A stretch of 59,326 nt of DNA from Candidatus Parcubacteria bacterium (GCA_039799225.1 JBDLTF010000006.1:1-59326); one strand, 5' to 3'; shown: positions 17,793 to 26,313, counted from the first letter of the stretch. Notes: a model not told the origin generated them from the sequence alone. Translations and numbers: made by a program.

Positions 17793-19211
17793 ATGTCACC
17801 GTTACCCAAGAAAGTCCATATAGTCGGCATCTGCGGCGTCGCTACAAGCGCGCTTGCCATCGCATTTCATAAGAGAGGCGTGAAAGTCACCGGAAGTGAC
17901 AAGGGCTTTTTCCCGCCTGTTTCGACCGAGCTCGAGAAGCATAAGGTCTCCTTCTATGCCGGCTGGCATGTCGACAAGATGACTGAAGGAGGCGATCCTG
18001 ACGTCATTATCGTCGGTACAGCCTCGGGAAGTCAGAACCCTGAGACTCTCTATGCCAAGGAACATGGTATCCGCATGTACTCATTTGCAGAAGCTATTGG
18101 TGAATTCTTCGCCAAGGAAAACTGTGTCGTTTGTGTCGGTACCTGGGGCAAAACTTCCTCGACTGCCCTTCTCTCATTCATCCTCAATCACGCAGGCTGG
18201 AATCCTACCTATATGTTCGGTGGTGTTTCCCTCTCACATGACTCTTCAGCGGAGCTCACTGATGGTTCATGGAGCGTTTTCGAAGGAGATGAATACAAGA
18301 GCTCACCAACAGACCCGACTGCGAAATTTTTCTACTACAAGCCAACGCATCTTCTACTCACCGCCGTATCATGGGATCATGCCGATCTCTACCCTACTGA
18401 GAAAGAATACTTTGCCGCTTTTGAGAAACTCCTCAAGAATATACCTTCGCACGGATTCATCGCCGTATGTACAGATCATGAAGGAGCTCGCACTGTCATG
18501 AATGATTTCAACGGAAAGAAAATAACTTACGGACGAGAAGGTGGTGAAGGACAATATACTTATTCAAACATTTCTCAATCCACCGCAGGTATCAATCTCA
18601 CGGTCAGATTTAATAATGCTGATTACCAAATCAACTCTCCTATGCTTGGTGCGTACCAAGCCGAGAATATTACCGGGTGCTTCGCTATGGCGCACGCGCT
18701 CGGCATAGAGCCTACCAAGATTGTCGAAGCTATCGGACTCTTCCAAGGCCTCAAGCGTAGACTTGAGAAGCGTCTTGGTGGAGAGACTTCTGTATCTGGC
18801 GTCACCGTACTTGATGACATTGCTCATTCACCAGAAAAAGCCGCATCTGTGCTTTCCACACTCAAAGATATTTATGCGGGAAAGATTATAACTCTCTTCG
18901 AACCGAACATTGGCGGCCGTAGCCGTGAATCTGCTGCGAAATATGACCGAGCATTTGCAGAATCCGACACTGTCATCATTCCCCGTTTGACCAAGCTCAA
19001 AGTCGCTGAAGATGCAGCCGACCAACCTATGGAAGGCGATGAATTGACCGCCACTATAGCTAAGACGCACTCGAATGCACTCTACATGGATGATGATACG
19101 AAGCTCATCGAATATCTTATTTCGAATACGAAAAAAGGCGATGTTATCGCCTTTCTCGGATCGCATGGATTCAGAGGAATGATAGAAGAGATCGTTACGA
19201 AGCTCTCCTAG
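17793..19211 (+). CDS. Mur ligase family protein, Mpl/MurC-like (UDP-MurNAc:peptide or L-Ala ligase)
   Basis: HIVGICGVATSALA and FPPVST resemble Mpl (GICG, YPPMST). The P-loop is GTWGKTSSTA. Confidence 0.75.
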   Translation: MSPLPKKVHIVGICGVATSALAIAFHKRGVKVTGSDKGFFPPVSTELEKHKVSFYAGWHVDKMTEGGDPDVIIVGTASGSQNPETLYAKEHGIRMYSFAEAIGEFFAKENCVVCVGTWGKTSSTALLSFILNHAGWNPTYMFGGVSLSHDSSAELTDGSWSVFEGDEYKSSPTDPTAKFFYYKPTHLLLTAVSWDHADLYPTEKEYFAAFEKLLKNIPSHGFIAVCTDHEGARTVMNDFNGKKITYGREGGEGQYTYSNISQSTAGINLTVRFNNADYQINSPMLGAYQAENITGCFAMAHALGIEPTKIVEAIGLFQGLKRRLEKRLGGETSVSGVTVLDDIAHSPEKAASVLSTLKDIYAGKIITLFEPNIGGRSRESAAKYDRAFAESDTVIIPRLTKLKVAEDAADQPMEGDELTATIAKTHSNALYMDDDTKLIEYLISNTKKGDVIAFLGSHGFRGMIEEIVTKLS

Positions 19212-19216
19212 ACTTC

Positions 19217-19390
19217 CTATTTTCCTTCGTCGACAATCTCAGTCTTAACTGCACCATCAGCAGCGATTTCCTTCACGAGAAGGGTCATTCCACAGTGGTT
19301 ACACTCGACGACCATGCCAGCGGCAAGGTTCGGATAACGAGACAAATCTATAGTGTTTTTACATTCAGGGCATACACAGAGCATATTCAT
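19217..19390 (-). CDS. small zinc-ribbon protein, LysW-like architecture
   Basis: MNMLCVCPECKNTIDLSRYPNLAAGMVVECNHCGMTLLVKEIAADGAVKTEIVDEGK has CPEC...CxxCG spacing and an acidic tail as in LysW/ArgW carriers, but it ends in Lys rather than Glu. Start chosen at 19390; the ORF extends to 19432. Confidence 0.35.
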   Translation of the reverse strand: MNMLCVCPECKNTIDLSRYPNLAAGMVVECNHCGMTLLVKEIAADGAVKTEIVDEGK

Positions 19391-19457
19391 AGTTTTGAGG
19401 TTTTGATGAAACATACGGGTAATACAGTACAAAAACGACTCGAAAGTCGTTCTTCAC

Positions 19458-20390
19458 ATGGTACCCGAAAAAAGGTACTATGACAACATAGATTTTCGCA
19501 TATATTCAATGCCTACCCCCTTCGAATCATACCCCAAATTAGCGGCAAAAATAGGCCTCCCTGCCCTCTATTTCAAGCGAGAAGACCTCCATCCCTATGG
19601 GTCACATAAGGGACGCTCTATACCGCCTATGATCGACCACTACTATGCGCAGGGCGACCGTCGCTTCGTCATATCGTCTTCAGGTAATGCTGCTCTCGCC
19701 GCAGTACTCCATATCGTGAAGCTCACTGATGCATCTCTCGATGTTCTCGTTGGCACCCATATCTCTGAGAAGAAGTTCGACAAGATTCGCTCGGCAATAC
19801 CAGATCCTGTTACAAGAGAGCGTATCCGCATCCTCAAGAAAGAACGTCCTCTTCAAGCACTTATGCAATCAACGCAAGAAGGTATGCGTAGTCTCCGCCA
19901 GTCGACTGACGATATCGCTCTCGAAGGATATGAATCTCTCGCCGAAGAATTAATCGCGAGCTCGAAGAAGGATGCTATTGGTGCAGTCTTCATCGGCACT
20001 TCTTCTGGCACCACAGCTCAAGCTCTTGCGGCATATTTTTCCAAGAATGCATCTCCTATCCAAGTTCACATAGTTCAAACATCTTCCTGTCACCCAATGG
20101 CCGAAGTCTTCGAAGCATATGACGGTCATGATGAACTCTCAACTGCTGACGCTATCGTTGATCAGGTAGCACAACGCAAAGCGAAGCTCATTCCCCTTAT
20201 CGAATCAACTGGCGGCACCGGATGGATTGCTACCAATGACGACATTTCTGCCGCACAAGAATTCACCCGCGAACAAACAGGTCTCGAGATCTCAACCAAT
20301 AGCGCGCTCTCCGTCGCCGGAGCCATGAAAGCAGCTTATACTGGTCACGAAATTGACGGTGCAGTAGTGTGTATGATTTGTGGTGACTAA
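19458..20390 (+). CDS. PLP-dependent enzyme, fold type II (Trp-synthase-beta / Cys-synthase / Thr-synthase superfamily)
   Basis: LYFKREDLHPYGSHKGRS (PLP-lysine context) and VISSSGNAALA. An alternative start is at 19509 (MPTPF). Confidence 0.7.
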   Translation: MVPEKRYYDNIDFRIYSMPTPFESYPKLAAKIGLPALYFKREDLHPYGSHKGRSIPPMIDHYYAQGDRRFVISSSGNAALAAVLHIVKLTDASLDVLVGTHISEKKFDKIRSAIPDPVTRERIRILKKERPLQALMQSTQEGMRSLRQSTDDIALEGYESLAEELIASSKKDAIGAVFIGTSSGTTAQALAAYFSKNASPIQVHIVQTSSCHPMAEVFEAYDGHDELSTADAIVDQVAQRKAKLIPLIESTGGTGWIATNDDISAAQEFTREQTGLEISTNSALSVAGAMKAAYTGHEIDGAVVCMICGD

Positions 20391-20394
20391 AGAA

Positions 20395-20514
20395 CCCCGC
20401 AAGGCGCACAGCATGTGTATTTCTGCTGTGGCTTCGTTGTATTTGTACACTACACTTTAGCGAACCGTTCTGCGAAGCCACAGCAGAAATACACATGCTG
20501 TGCGCCTTGCGGGG
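20395..20514. repeat. giant hairpin element B (42-nt perfect inverted arms, 36-nt loop)
   Basis: 20395-20436 is the exact reverse complement of 20473-20514. It lies between convergent genes and is related to element A. Confidence 0.9.
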
Positions 20515-20527
20515 AATTTAAATTTCC

Positions 20528-21877
20528 CTACAATCCCCTCACGATACGCACGAATTTCTCGCCACGCTCTTTCTTGGATCCGTCGACACCTCCCGCGCCG
20601 AAACCTGGACTAAACAACACTTTATCTCCTTTCTGAGCACTCTCTGCGGCCAACAGAACCGCTTCTTCAAGACTAGGAACCACTTTGACTGTAGCTCCTT
20701 CGATACCCTGAATAGCTGTGCGCTCTTTCATACTGCCACTTCCGGGAAGAGAGATGACTGTGTGCGCATACTTCGGTATCTCCGCATACAATGTGCGGTA
20801 GTCATGTCCGAGATCTGCTCCTCCGATAATGAGTACCGTATCGCGACCTTTCGATATTGCTGACAGACCTGCAAGGACTGCATCGGGAGTCATCGACATT
20901 GTATCGTTGTAGAATTCAACAAATTTCACTTTTTTGACCAATTCAAGCCTGCCGCGAAGCGCTTTCCATGAACCGAGGATACGATGCGCCGCGTCATCAT
21001 CCAGCTTGAAAAGTCTCCCTGCCTGGAGTGCGAGAGCTGCGTTGGCACGGTCGTGCGAACCCCTGCCGAGGAAACCCCACTCGAGAGGAACGATTGCCGG
21101 CTTTGTACGGAGCATCTTCGCACGAGGCTGTACTGCACCGGCGCGTGCGATATCAACAATCTCATCTGATGCTACCAAGAAGTTGTTGTAGGTCTGATAT
21201 GCCAAGATCTCGAATGGCGAGTCTTTGTATGCCTGCTTCCCTGGAACACCGGTGAATATCGCGACATGGGGACTGATGCGCATAGCATGGAGCTCACCGA
21301 GAAGGATGTCGGGTATGTGCAGAAGCACAATATCTCCACTCTTGGCCTTCTTGAGATGCGCGAGCGCACCATCGGATGACTCAGGATCTATCGTGAAGAG
21401 TGACTGTCCTCCATGCTCCTTGCAGACATGCTCGAGCATTGGACCAAGGATAGATACAATCGTCGATTTGCCACACGGACCCATAACGCCCACCAGAGTT
21501 ACTGGAGGTGCGAGCTTGAAGAAAAGTGTCTCAGAATATTCGATAGCAATCTTCTTCTTATTATTCTCATCTGCATACTGATTGTGCGCATGTATACCCT
21601 TCAAGAATGAAGAGCTGCGGGGATACTCATGCGAGAGGATAATCATATCCATATCGAGCAAATCTTCAGACGGGATGGACCCGCACACATAGTTGGCGAG
21701 GCCAACCGAACGCAAGAAGAGCAGCTCGCTCTTGAGTCGGGCTTCACTCTTGAGGTCATAGATGGAGACCCATGCCCCTGCTTTGATTAGGTACTTCGCA
21801 TCCTCAATCATCTCGCCGTGCGCGCCGAGGCCGACAAGCGCCACGCGTTTGCCTTTGAAATAATCTTTGGATGACAT
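20528..21877 (-). CDS. murD: UDP-N-acetylmuramoylalanine--D-glutamate ligase-like Mur ligase
   Basis: N-terminal Rossmann motif RVALVGLGAHG and P-loop GVMGPCGKST. The ATG at 21877 (MSSKDYF) is preferred over the GTG at 21892. Confidence 0.75.
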   Translation of the reverse strand: MSSKDYFKGKRVALVGLGAHGEMIEDAKYLIKAGAWVSIYDLKSEARLKSELLFLRSVGLANYVCGSIPSEDLLDMDMIILSHEYPRSSSFLKGIHAHNQYADENNKKKIAIEYSETLFFKLAPPVTLVGVMGPCGKSTIVSILGPMLEHVCKEHGGQSLFTIDPESSDGALAHLKKAKSGDIVLLHIPDILLGELHAMRISPHVAIFTGVPGKQAYKDSPFEILAYQTYNNFLVASDEIVDIARAGAVQPRAKMLRTKPAIVPLEWGFLGRGSHDRANAALALQAGRLFKLDDDAAHRILGSWKALRGRLELVKKVKFVEFYNDTMSMTPDAVLAGLSAISKGRDTVLIIGGADLGHDYRTLYAEIPKYAHTVISLPGSGSMKERTAIQGIEGATVKVVPSLEEAVLLAAESAQKGDKVLFSPGFGAGGVDGSKKERGEKFVRIVRGL

Positions 21878-21901
21878 GCGCACAGTGTACACATGAAAGC
21901 A

Positions 21902-22246
21902 TCAATGTTCAATAGTGAACCTTTCGCGCATAAGACGCTTGATTTTGATGAGTTCTTGCAGGAATGCCTGAAGCTTCAACGAATCATCGTCAGTAATATC
22001 CATCTCCACAGCGAAGCGAGAAAGCTTCTTCATGAAGATGCCATACAGGTCATGGAAATACTGTTCGATAATCTTCTGATCCTTCTCTGAATATTCATGC
22101 TTCGGGCGGCCATCTTTGGGCCCCTTACTTGCAGGACCGTCCATAATGCGGAGTATCCTTTCTGGTCTCTCAATCCCTTCGTACGATAACGTATCATGCC
22201 GGAAAACCCCTTCGAGTGAGGGTGTAACAAGTTGGTAATCTCTCAT
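21902..22246 (-). CDS. hypothetical protein (114 aa)
   Basis: ATG ORF tightly packed between radC and murD. No motif recognised. Confidence 0.5.
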   Translation of the reverse strand: MRDYQLVTPSLEGVFRHDTLSYEGIERPERILRIMDGPASKGPKDGRPKHEYSEKDQKIIEQYFHDLYGIFMKKLSRFAVEMDITDDDSLKLQAFLQELIKIKRLMRERFTIEH

Positions 22247-22258
22247 AGCTATATGTAG

Positions 22259-22993
22259 TTAGTAGTCCGCTTTCACACTCGCAAAAGCGTCCTTGGTGAT
22301 GATGACATGATCAAGCACTCTGATGCCCAGGATCTTCCCTGCCTGGACTATCTGCTGCGTAATAGCGATATCTTGATCGCTTGGCGTTACCTCTCCTGAT
22401 GGATGATTGTGCGCAAGGATGACGGCAACGGCATTGTATTCGATAGCTGCACGGAACACTTCGCGCGGATGGGCGACATTGGAACTGACGGTTCCCATGG
22501 AAATCACTTCATTAGCAATCACCCGGTTGTGGACATTAAGATATATTCCGCGGAGCTGTTCTTTGGGTAGAGTTCGCATTTCAATCAAGTAGTCATAAAC
22601 ATCTTGAGCGTTACGGATGGTTGTGAACACCGATGAAGACCTATCATAGAATCGTCTCCCGAGCTCACCTGCGGCCACAATAGCCGCGGCTTTGGTGAGA
22701 GGTATACCAAGTTCACTCGCCAACTTCTTTGGATCACGGAATGAAAATACGCTCTTACCGCCATATTCTCTGATGATACGTGAGGTCATCTCGCGCACAT
22801 CTTCCTTAGTCGTCCCCGTCACGAGCAAAAGAGCCGTCAACTCTGCAACCGAAAGAGCCTCCGGACCTTGAGCATGGAGTTTCTCTCGTGGTTTCTCTTC
22901 AGAAGGCAGGTCCCTGAGCAAGAGTGGATACTCCTGCAGGCTTCCGTCGAGAATGAACGTGCTATCTGGTATGACATACATGCTCTTTTGCAT
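22259..22993 (-). CDS. radC: RadC-family JAB/MPN domain protein
   Basis: The HNHPSGEVTPSDQD JAMM motif follows an HhH-like N-terminal region. The ATG at 22993 lies 6 nt downstream of TATAAT (23000-23005); an alternative ATG is at 22999. Confidence 0.8.
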   Translation of the reverse strand: MQKSMYVIPDSTFILDGSLQEYPLLLRDLPSEEKPREKLHAQGPEALSVAELTALLLVTGTTKEDVREMTSRIIREYGGKSVFSFRDPKKLASELGIPLTKAAAIVAAGELGRRFYDRSSSVFTTIRNAQDVYDYLIEMRTLPKEQLRGIYLNVHNRVIANEVISMGTVSSNVAHPREVFRAAIEYNAVAVILAHNHPSGEVTPSDQDIAITQQIVQAGKILGIRVLDHVIITKDAFASVKADY

Positions 22994-23010
22994 ACCCATA
23001 TTATATAAGA

Positions 23011-23042
23011 AAAAATAAAACAAGGAAATAAATCCTTGTTTT
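23011..23042 (-). terminator. terminator downstream of pyk
   Basis: AAAACAAGGA pairs with TCCTTGTTTT, with a T-run following on the minus strand. Confidence 0.7.
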
Positions 23043-23065
23043 ATTCTATCTATTTGAAATAAAGC

Positions 23066-24484
23066 TTATACCGTCTCTACGAGGATCATGTTGGTATCCT
23101 TTGCAGTACCAAATGGCATACCTCCGACGATAACAACTTTGTCGCCCTTCTGGACGAGATTGGTATCGAGAGTAGCGTTGCGGACGATTTCCATGATCTC
23201 ATCGACAGTCTTGAAAGTCTTGGAAACCATTGGATAACAACCGAACGAGAGCATGAGCTTGTTGATGTTCTCTGCTTTGTCAGAGAGAGCCAAGATGCGC
23301 TCTGCAGGCCTGTAGCGAGCAATCATACGAGCACTTGTACCTGAACGGGTCAAAGCAACAATGAGCTTGGCACCGACAGCGTGAGCGGCACGGACTGCAG
23401 ACTGAGAAACAACATCAGTGACACCGTGTGACTCTTCGTATTCAGCAATGGTATCGCGTGTGTAGACTTCCTGTTCGACGCGCATAGCAACCTTGGTCAT
23501 AATCTTGACCGCTTCTATTGGGAAATCACCAAGAGTGGTCTCCTCTGAGAGCATGACTGCATCAGTACCATCAATGATAGCGTTGGCGATATCAGAGACT
23601 TCTGCGCGAGTTGGGACTGGACTCTTAATCATCGATTCAAGCATCTGAGTAGCAGTGATGACTGGCTTACCGACAGCATTACACTTGCTGATCATGAGCT
23701 TCTGAGCGATTGGAACCTCCTCTGCAGGAATTTCGATAGCGAGGTCTCCGCGAGCAACCATGAGACCATCAGCTGCGGCTACAATCTCGTCGATCACATC
23801 AAGCGCCTCAGGGGTCTCTATCTTAGCGATGATATGAGCTTTGGAACCAGCCTTGTCGAGAATATCGCGGAGCTCGATGATGTCAGCTGCACGGCGGACG
23901 AATGAGAGTGCCACGAAATCAACCTTGTTCTTGATACCAAATTCTACGTCCTTCTTATCCTTCTCAGTGAGAGCACTGATAGAGAGATTTGCTCCTGGGA
24001 CGTTGACTCCTTTCCTGCCCTTGAGCTCTCCGCCGATGATGACCTTACAGATGATGTCATTACCCTTGATTTCTACGACCTCGAGGCGCTTGCGACCGTC
24101 CTGGATGAGGATGGCACCACCAACCTTGACCTCCTTGGCGAGCAATGGATAGTTGACCGAAACCTTCTCCTCAGTACCATCGAAAGCATCTGTGGTGAGT
24201 GTGAACTTTGCACCCTCTTTGAGAGTGATAGCCTTGTCATCCTTGAATGTGCCGATGCGAATCTTCGGGCCACACAAATCCTGAAGAATAGCGACTGTTT
24301 TGCCTGTTTTCTTCATAACCTCGCGGATATTGTCGACGCGGTTCTGGTGCTCAGCAAAATCTCCATGAGAGAAGTTGAGGCGCATGACATTCATACCGAC
24401 ATTGACGAGTTCTGTGAGCTTTTCAGTGCTTTCTGTGACAGGGCCGATAGTACAGACGATCTTGGTTTTCTTGCCGAGGTTCAT
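23066..24484 (-). CDS. pyk: pyruvate kinase
   Basis: 472 aa with MNVMRLNFSHG, GPKIR, MVARGDLAIEIP and SEETT motifs. Confidence 0.95.
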   Translation of the reverse strand: MNLGKKTKIVCTIGPVTESTEKLTELVNVGMNVMRLNFSHGDFAEHQNRVDNIREVMKKTGKTVAILQDLCGPKIRIGTFKDDKAITLKEGAKFTLTTDAFDGTEEKVSVNYPLLAKEVKVGGAILIQDGRKRLEVVEIKGNDIICKVIIGGELKGRKGVNVPGANLSISALTEKDKKDVEFGIKNKVDFVALSFVRRAADIIELRDILDKAGSKAHIIAKIETPEALDVIDEIVAAADGLMVARGDLAIEIPAEEVPIAQKLMISKCNAVGKPVITATQMLESMIKSPVPTRAEVSDIANAIIDGTDAVMLSEETTLGDFPIEAVKIMTKVAMRVEQEVYTRDTIAEYEESHGVTDVVSQSAVRAAHAVGAKLIVALTRSGTSARMIARYRPAERILALSDKAENINKLMLSFGCYPMVSKTFKTVDEIMEIVRNATLDTNLVQKGDKVVIVGGMPFGTAKDTNMILVETV

Positions 24485-24532
24485 TGCTTTTGGTTGTGGG
24501 TTAGTGCGGTTTCTTCAATAAAATGAAGCGTC

Positions 24533-24560
24533 ACTATAGCACATTTTCTCGGATTCTCAA
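24533..24560 (-). promoter_or_regulatory. sigma70-type promoter of pyk
   Basis: On the minus strand: TTGAGA (24555-24560), 16-nt spacer, TGcTATAGT (-10 at 24533-24538). Confidence 0.6.
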
Positions 24561-24569
24561 ATTCTCACG

Positions 24570-24593
24570 AAAAATCGCCCTCAAGGGCGACCT
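24570..24593 (-). terminator. terminator of the upstream membrane-protein gene
   Basis: TCGCCC pairs with GGGCGA, with TTTTT on the minus strand. Confidence 0.7.
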
Positions 24594-24615
24594 TTCGATT
24601 CGTGTATATATTTTC

Positions 24616-25614
24616 TTACATTGCCGCTGGGACAGGCTTCATCGAAGGATACTTATCTGGGTCTATAGTTCTCGTGAAGCAAGCTCTACCCTCTTCATGC
24701 TTCCAATTGTCCTGATCTCCGATAATTGGGTATGCCATGTCGTATGATGGGTATGCGATTCCTATACCACCCCTGCCAGATCCATACTCTCCCTTGCCTG
24801 CATCATCCCTAGTAGGACGAGAGAAGGTGGCACAGAGCTCGAATGAGAGACCGCTTTGAGTATCTTTTGTTCCCATAACTCCCTTCACTGAATATTCATA
24901 CGCCTGCTTCGTCTCCGGATCCGTCGGAACAGTAAACCATGACAATGGGTCGCTGAGATCTGCCAAAGCCTGTGGAAGCTTCTCCTTCTGCTGCCAATAG
25001 CTGACAACTTGACCCTGGATACTCATAAGGTCATTCACGCGCTGACTATCGAAGCGATATGCACGCTGGGAAGCTGGTGATCCAACTGCGATGAATCCTG
25101 CAATGATTGCTGCAAGTACAAATATGATTCCAAACCATGCATTGGCCGTACGGGCCATCTTTGCCCAACGGAAATTAGGATACAAGCTATAGAAATAATA
25201 CTTTCCAATTGCACCTCCTACGAACAATACGACAATAATCTTGTATACGAAGCGCGAAGTAATTTCACCGCTTAGATAGGTGTTGAGGAGAGCGATAAGG
25301 TCGCCTCCCATGAGAATAACTGCTGAGAAGAGAATGATGTAGGTCTTCCATGAACGAATCCAAAGTCCTGCCTTCTCAGGCATCTTGGTAATATCACGAT
25401 TAATAACCCATTCAAGAACATAGAGAATAGGTACCAATACGACAAGCATTGATATCGGCCACGCGACGGCATTGCCGTAGAAATAGCCGGCGAGAGCATC
25501 AGGGAAATAATAATTGATGACACTAAACGAGAGATTGATAAGTGCACTTGCGGCTGCATAGAGCGCGACGATTGCACCAAGGTGCAAAAAGAAGTCTTTG
25601 GGTGTGGTTTTCAT
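24616..25614 (-). CDS. integral membrane protein (about 6 TM helices plus a C-terminal soluble domain), hypothetical
   Basis: Start at MKTTPKDFFLHLGAIVALYAA (25614). The longer ORF-track version overlaps the tRNA-like RNA. TGgTATAAT lies at 25624-25632. Confidence 0.7.
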   Translation of the reverse strand: MKTTPKDFFLHLGAIVALYAAASALINLSFSVINYYFPDALAGYFYGNAVAWPISMLVVLVPILYVLEWVINRDITKMPEKAGLWIRSWKTYIILFSAVILMGGDLIALLNTYLSGEITSRFVYKIIVVLFVGGAIGKYYFYSLYPNFRWAKMARTANAWFGIIFVLAAIIAGFIAVGSPASQRAYRFDSQRVNDLMSIQGQVVSYWQQKEKLPQALADLSDPLSWFTVPTDPETKQAYEYSVKGVMGTKDTQSGLSFELCATFSRPTRDDAGKGEYGSGRGGIGIAYPSYDMAYPIIGDQDNWKHEEGRACFTRTIDPDKYPSMKPVPAAM

Positions 25615-25679
25615 AATAGTTGTATTATACCAATATAGACGGAATAGCGCTGTAAATGTTACATGTTTGCGCGTATACG

Positions 25680-25704
25680 AAAAAACCGCCTTCAGGCGGT
25701 TTTC
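25680..25704 (-). terminator. terminator immediately 3' of the tRNA-like RNA
   Basis: CCGCC TTCA GGCGG hairpin flanked by A6/T-runs. It starts right after the ACCA end. Confidence 0.7.
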
Positions 25705-25835
25705 TGGTGCGCGCACTAGGGGTCTTTCCCTACGGGAACAGTATAGGTTTCGCGTCGTACTCGCTACGCTCCGTGCGACATGCTCAACCTTTTCGACCCC
25801 TAGCCGCATGTGCCATTAGGCACATGCTTACGCGC
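25705..25835 (-). ncRNA. 131-nt tRNA-like RNA (tRNA-Ile-derived acceptor and T stems, non-tRNA core)
   Basis: The 5' GCGCGUA pairs with UGCGCGC and is followed by ACCA. The 3'-terminal 20 nt are identical to tRNA-Ile (25705-25724 = 25860-25879). The D and anticodon arms are replaced by a 9-bp hairpin, GCAUGUGCC-UAAU-GGCACAUGC. The T stem is extended to 9 bp and encloses about 70 nt. Confidence 0.55.
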
Positions 25836-25859
25836 AAAAGTCTCCTTTCGGAGACTTTT
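25836..25859 (-). terminator. hairpin between tRNA-Ile and the tRNA-like RNA
   Basis: AAAAGTCTCC TTTC GGAGACTTTT. It abuts the CCA end of tRNA-Ile and the 5' end of the tRNA-like RNA. Confidence 0.5.
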
Positions 25860-25935
25860 TGGTGCGCGCACTAGGGGTCGAACCTAGGACCTTTCGAGTA
25901 TCAGTCGAATGCTCTACCAACTGAGCTATGCGCGC
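25860..25935 (-). tRNA. tRNA-Ile (anticodon GAU), CCA encoded
   Basis: Hand-folded cloverleaf: acceptor GCGCGCA/UGCGCGC, D stem GCUC/GAGC, anticodon loop CUGAUAC, T arm CUAGG-UUCGACC-CCUAG. 76 nt. Confidence 0.9.
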
Positions 25936-26123
25936 AAGTGAGGACAAAAAGAACAAACTCGTTTGGACTTTTGGTCCGAACGCCGCGCGGATATCGAGCG
26001 AAGCGAAGATATGCGCTACAGATAAGAGGTTACAACCTAGAACCCACAGAGAGATTGGATCAGAGCTGATACCTCAAACCAGTAAAGGTACATTACCAGA
26101 AATCCCCTATAAATTCAAGATAG

Positions 26124-26205
26124 TGGTCACGGGGGGAGTCGAACCCCCAACCCTTACGGGATACGCTTCTGAGACGTACGCGTATGCCAGTTCCGCCACG
26201 TGACC
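26124..26205 (-). tRNA. tRNA-Leu (anticodon CAG), class II, CCA not encoded
   Basis: Acceptor GGUCACG/CGUGACC, anticodon loop CUCAGAA, long variable arm UCCCGUAAGGGUU, T arm GGGGG-UUCGACU-CCCCC. Confidence 0.85.
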
Positions 26206-26313
26206 AGATTTCATTTTCAATAGTGAGTACTATATGCCAAATCAAATAAATAGGCAAAAGAAAAAGGGCCGCCGGATTGTACCAGCGGCCCACACATTCA
26301 TCTTTGAAACGGA

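Noticed and set aside
25615-25809. N-terminal extension of the membrane-protein ORF (track 24616-25809)
   Set aside because: The extension overlaps the tRNA-like RNA and its terminator. An internal ATG at 25614 is preceded by an extended -10 box and starts exactly at the first TM segment.
25705-25879. The tRNA-like element as tmRNA, or the 20-nt direct repeat as attL/attR of an integrated element
   Set aside because: For tmRNA: it is too short, has no tag reading frame, no G3:U70 and no pseudoknots. For an att site: the repeats are only 155 nt apart, there is no integrase or cargo, and the 5' acceptor half is also present, so it is a folded unit and not just a duplicated target site.
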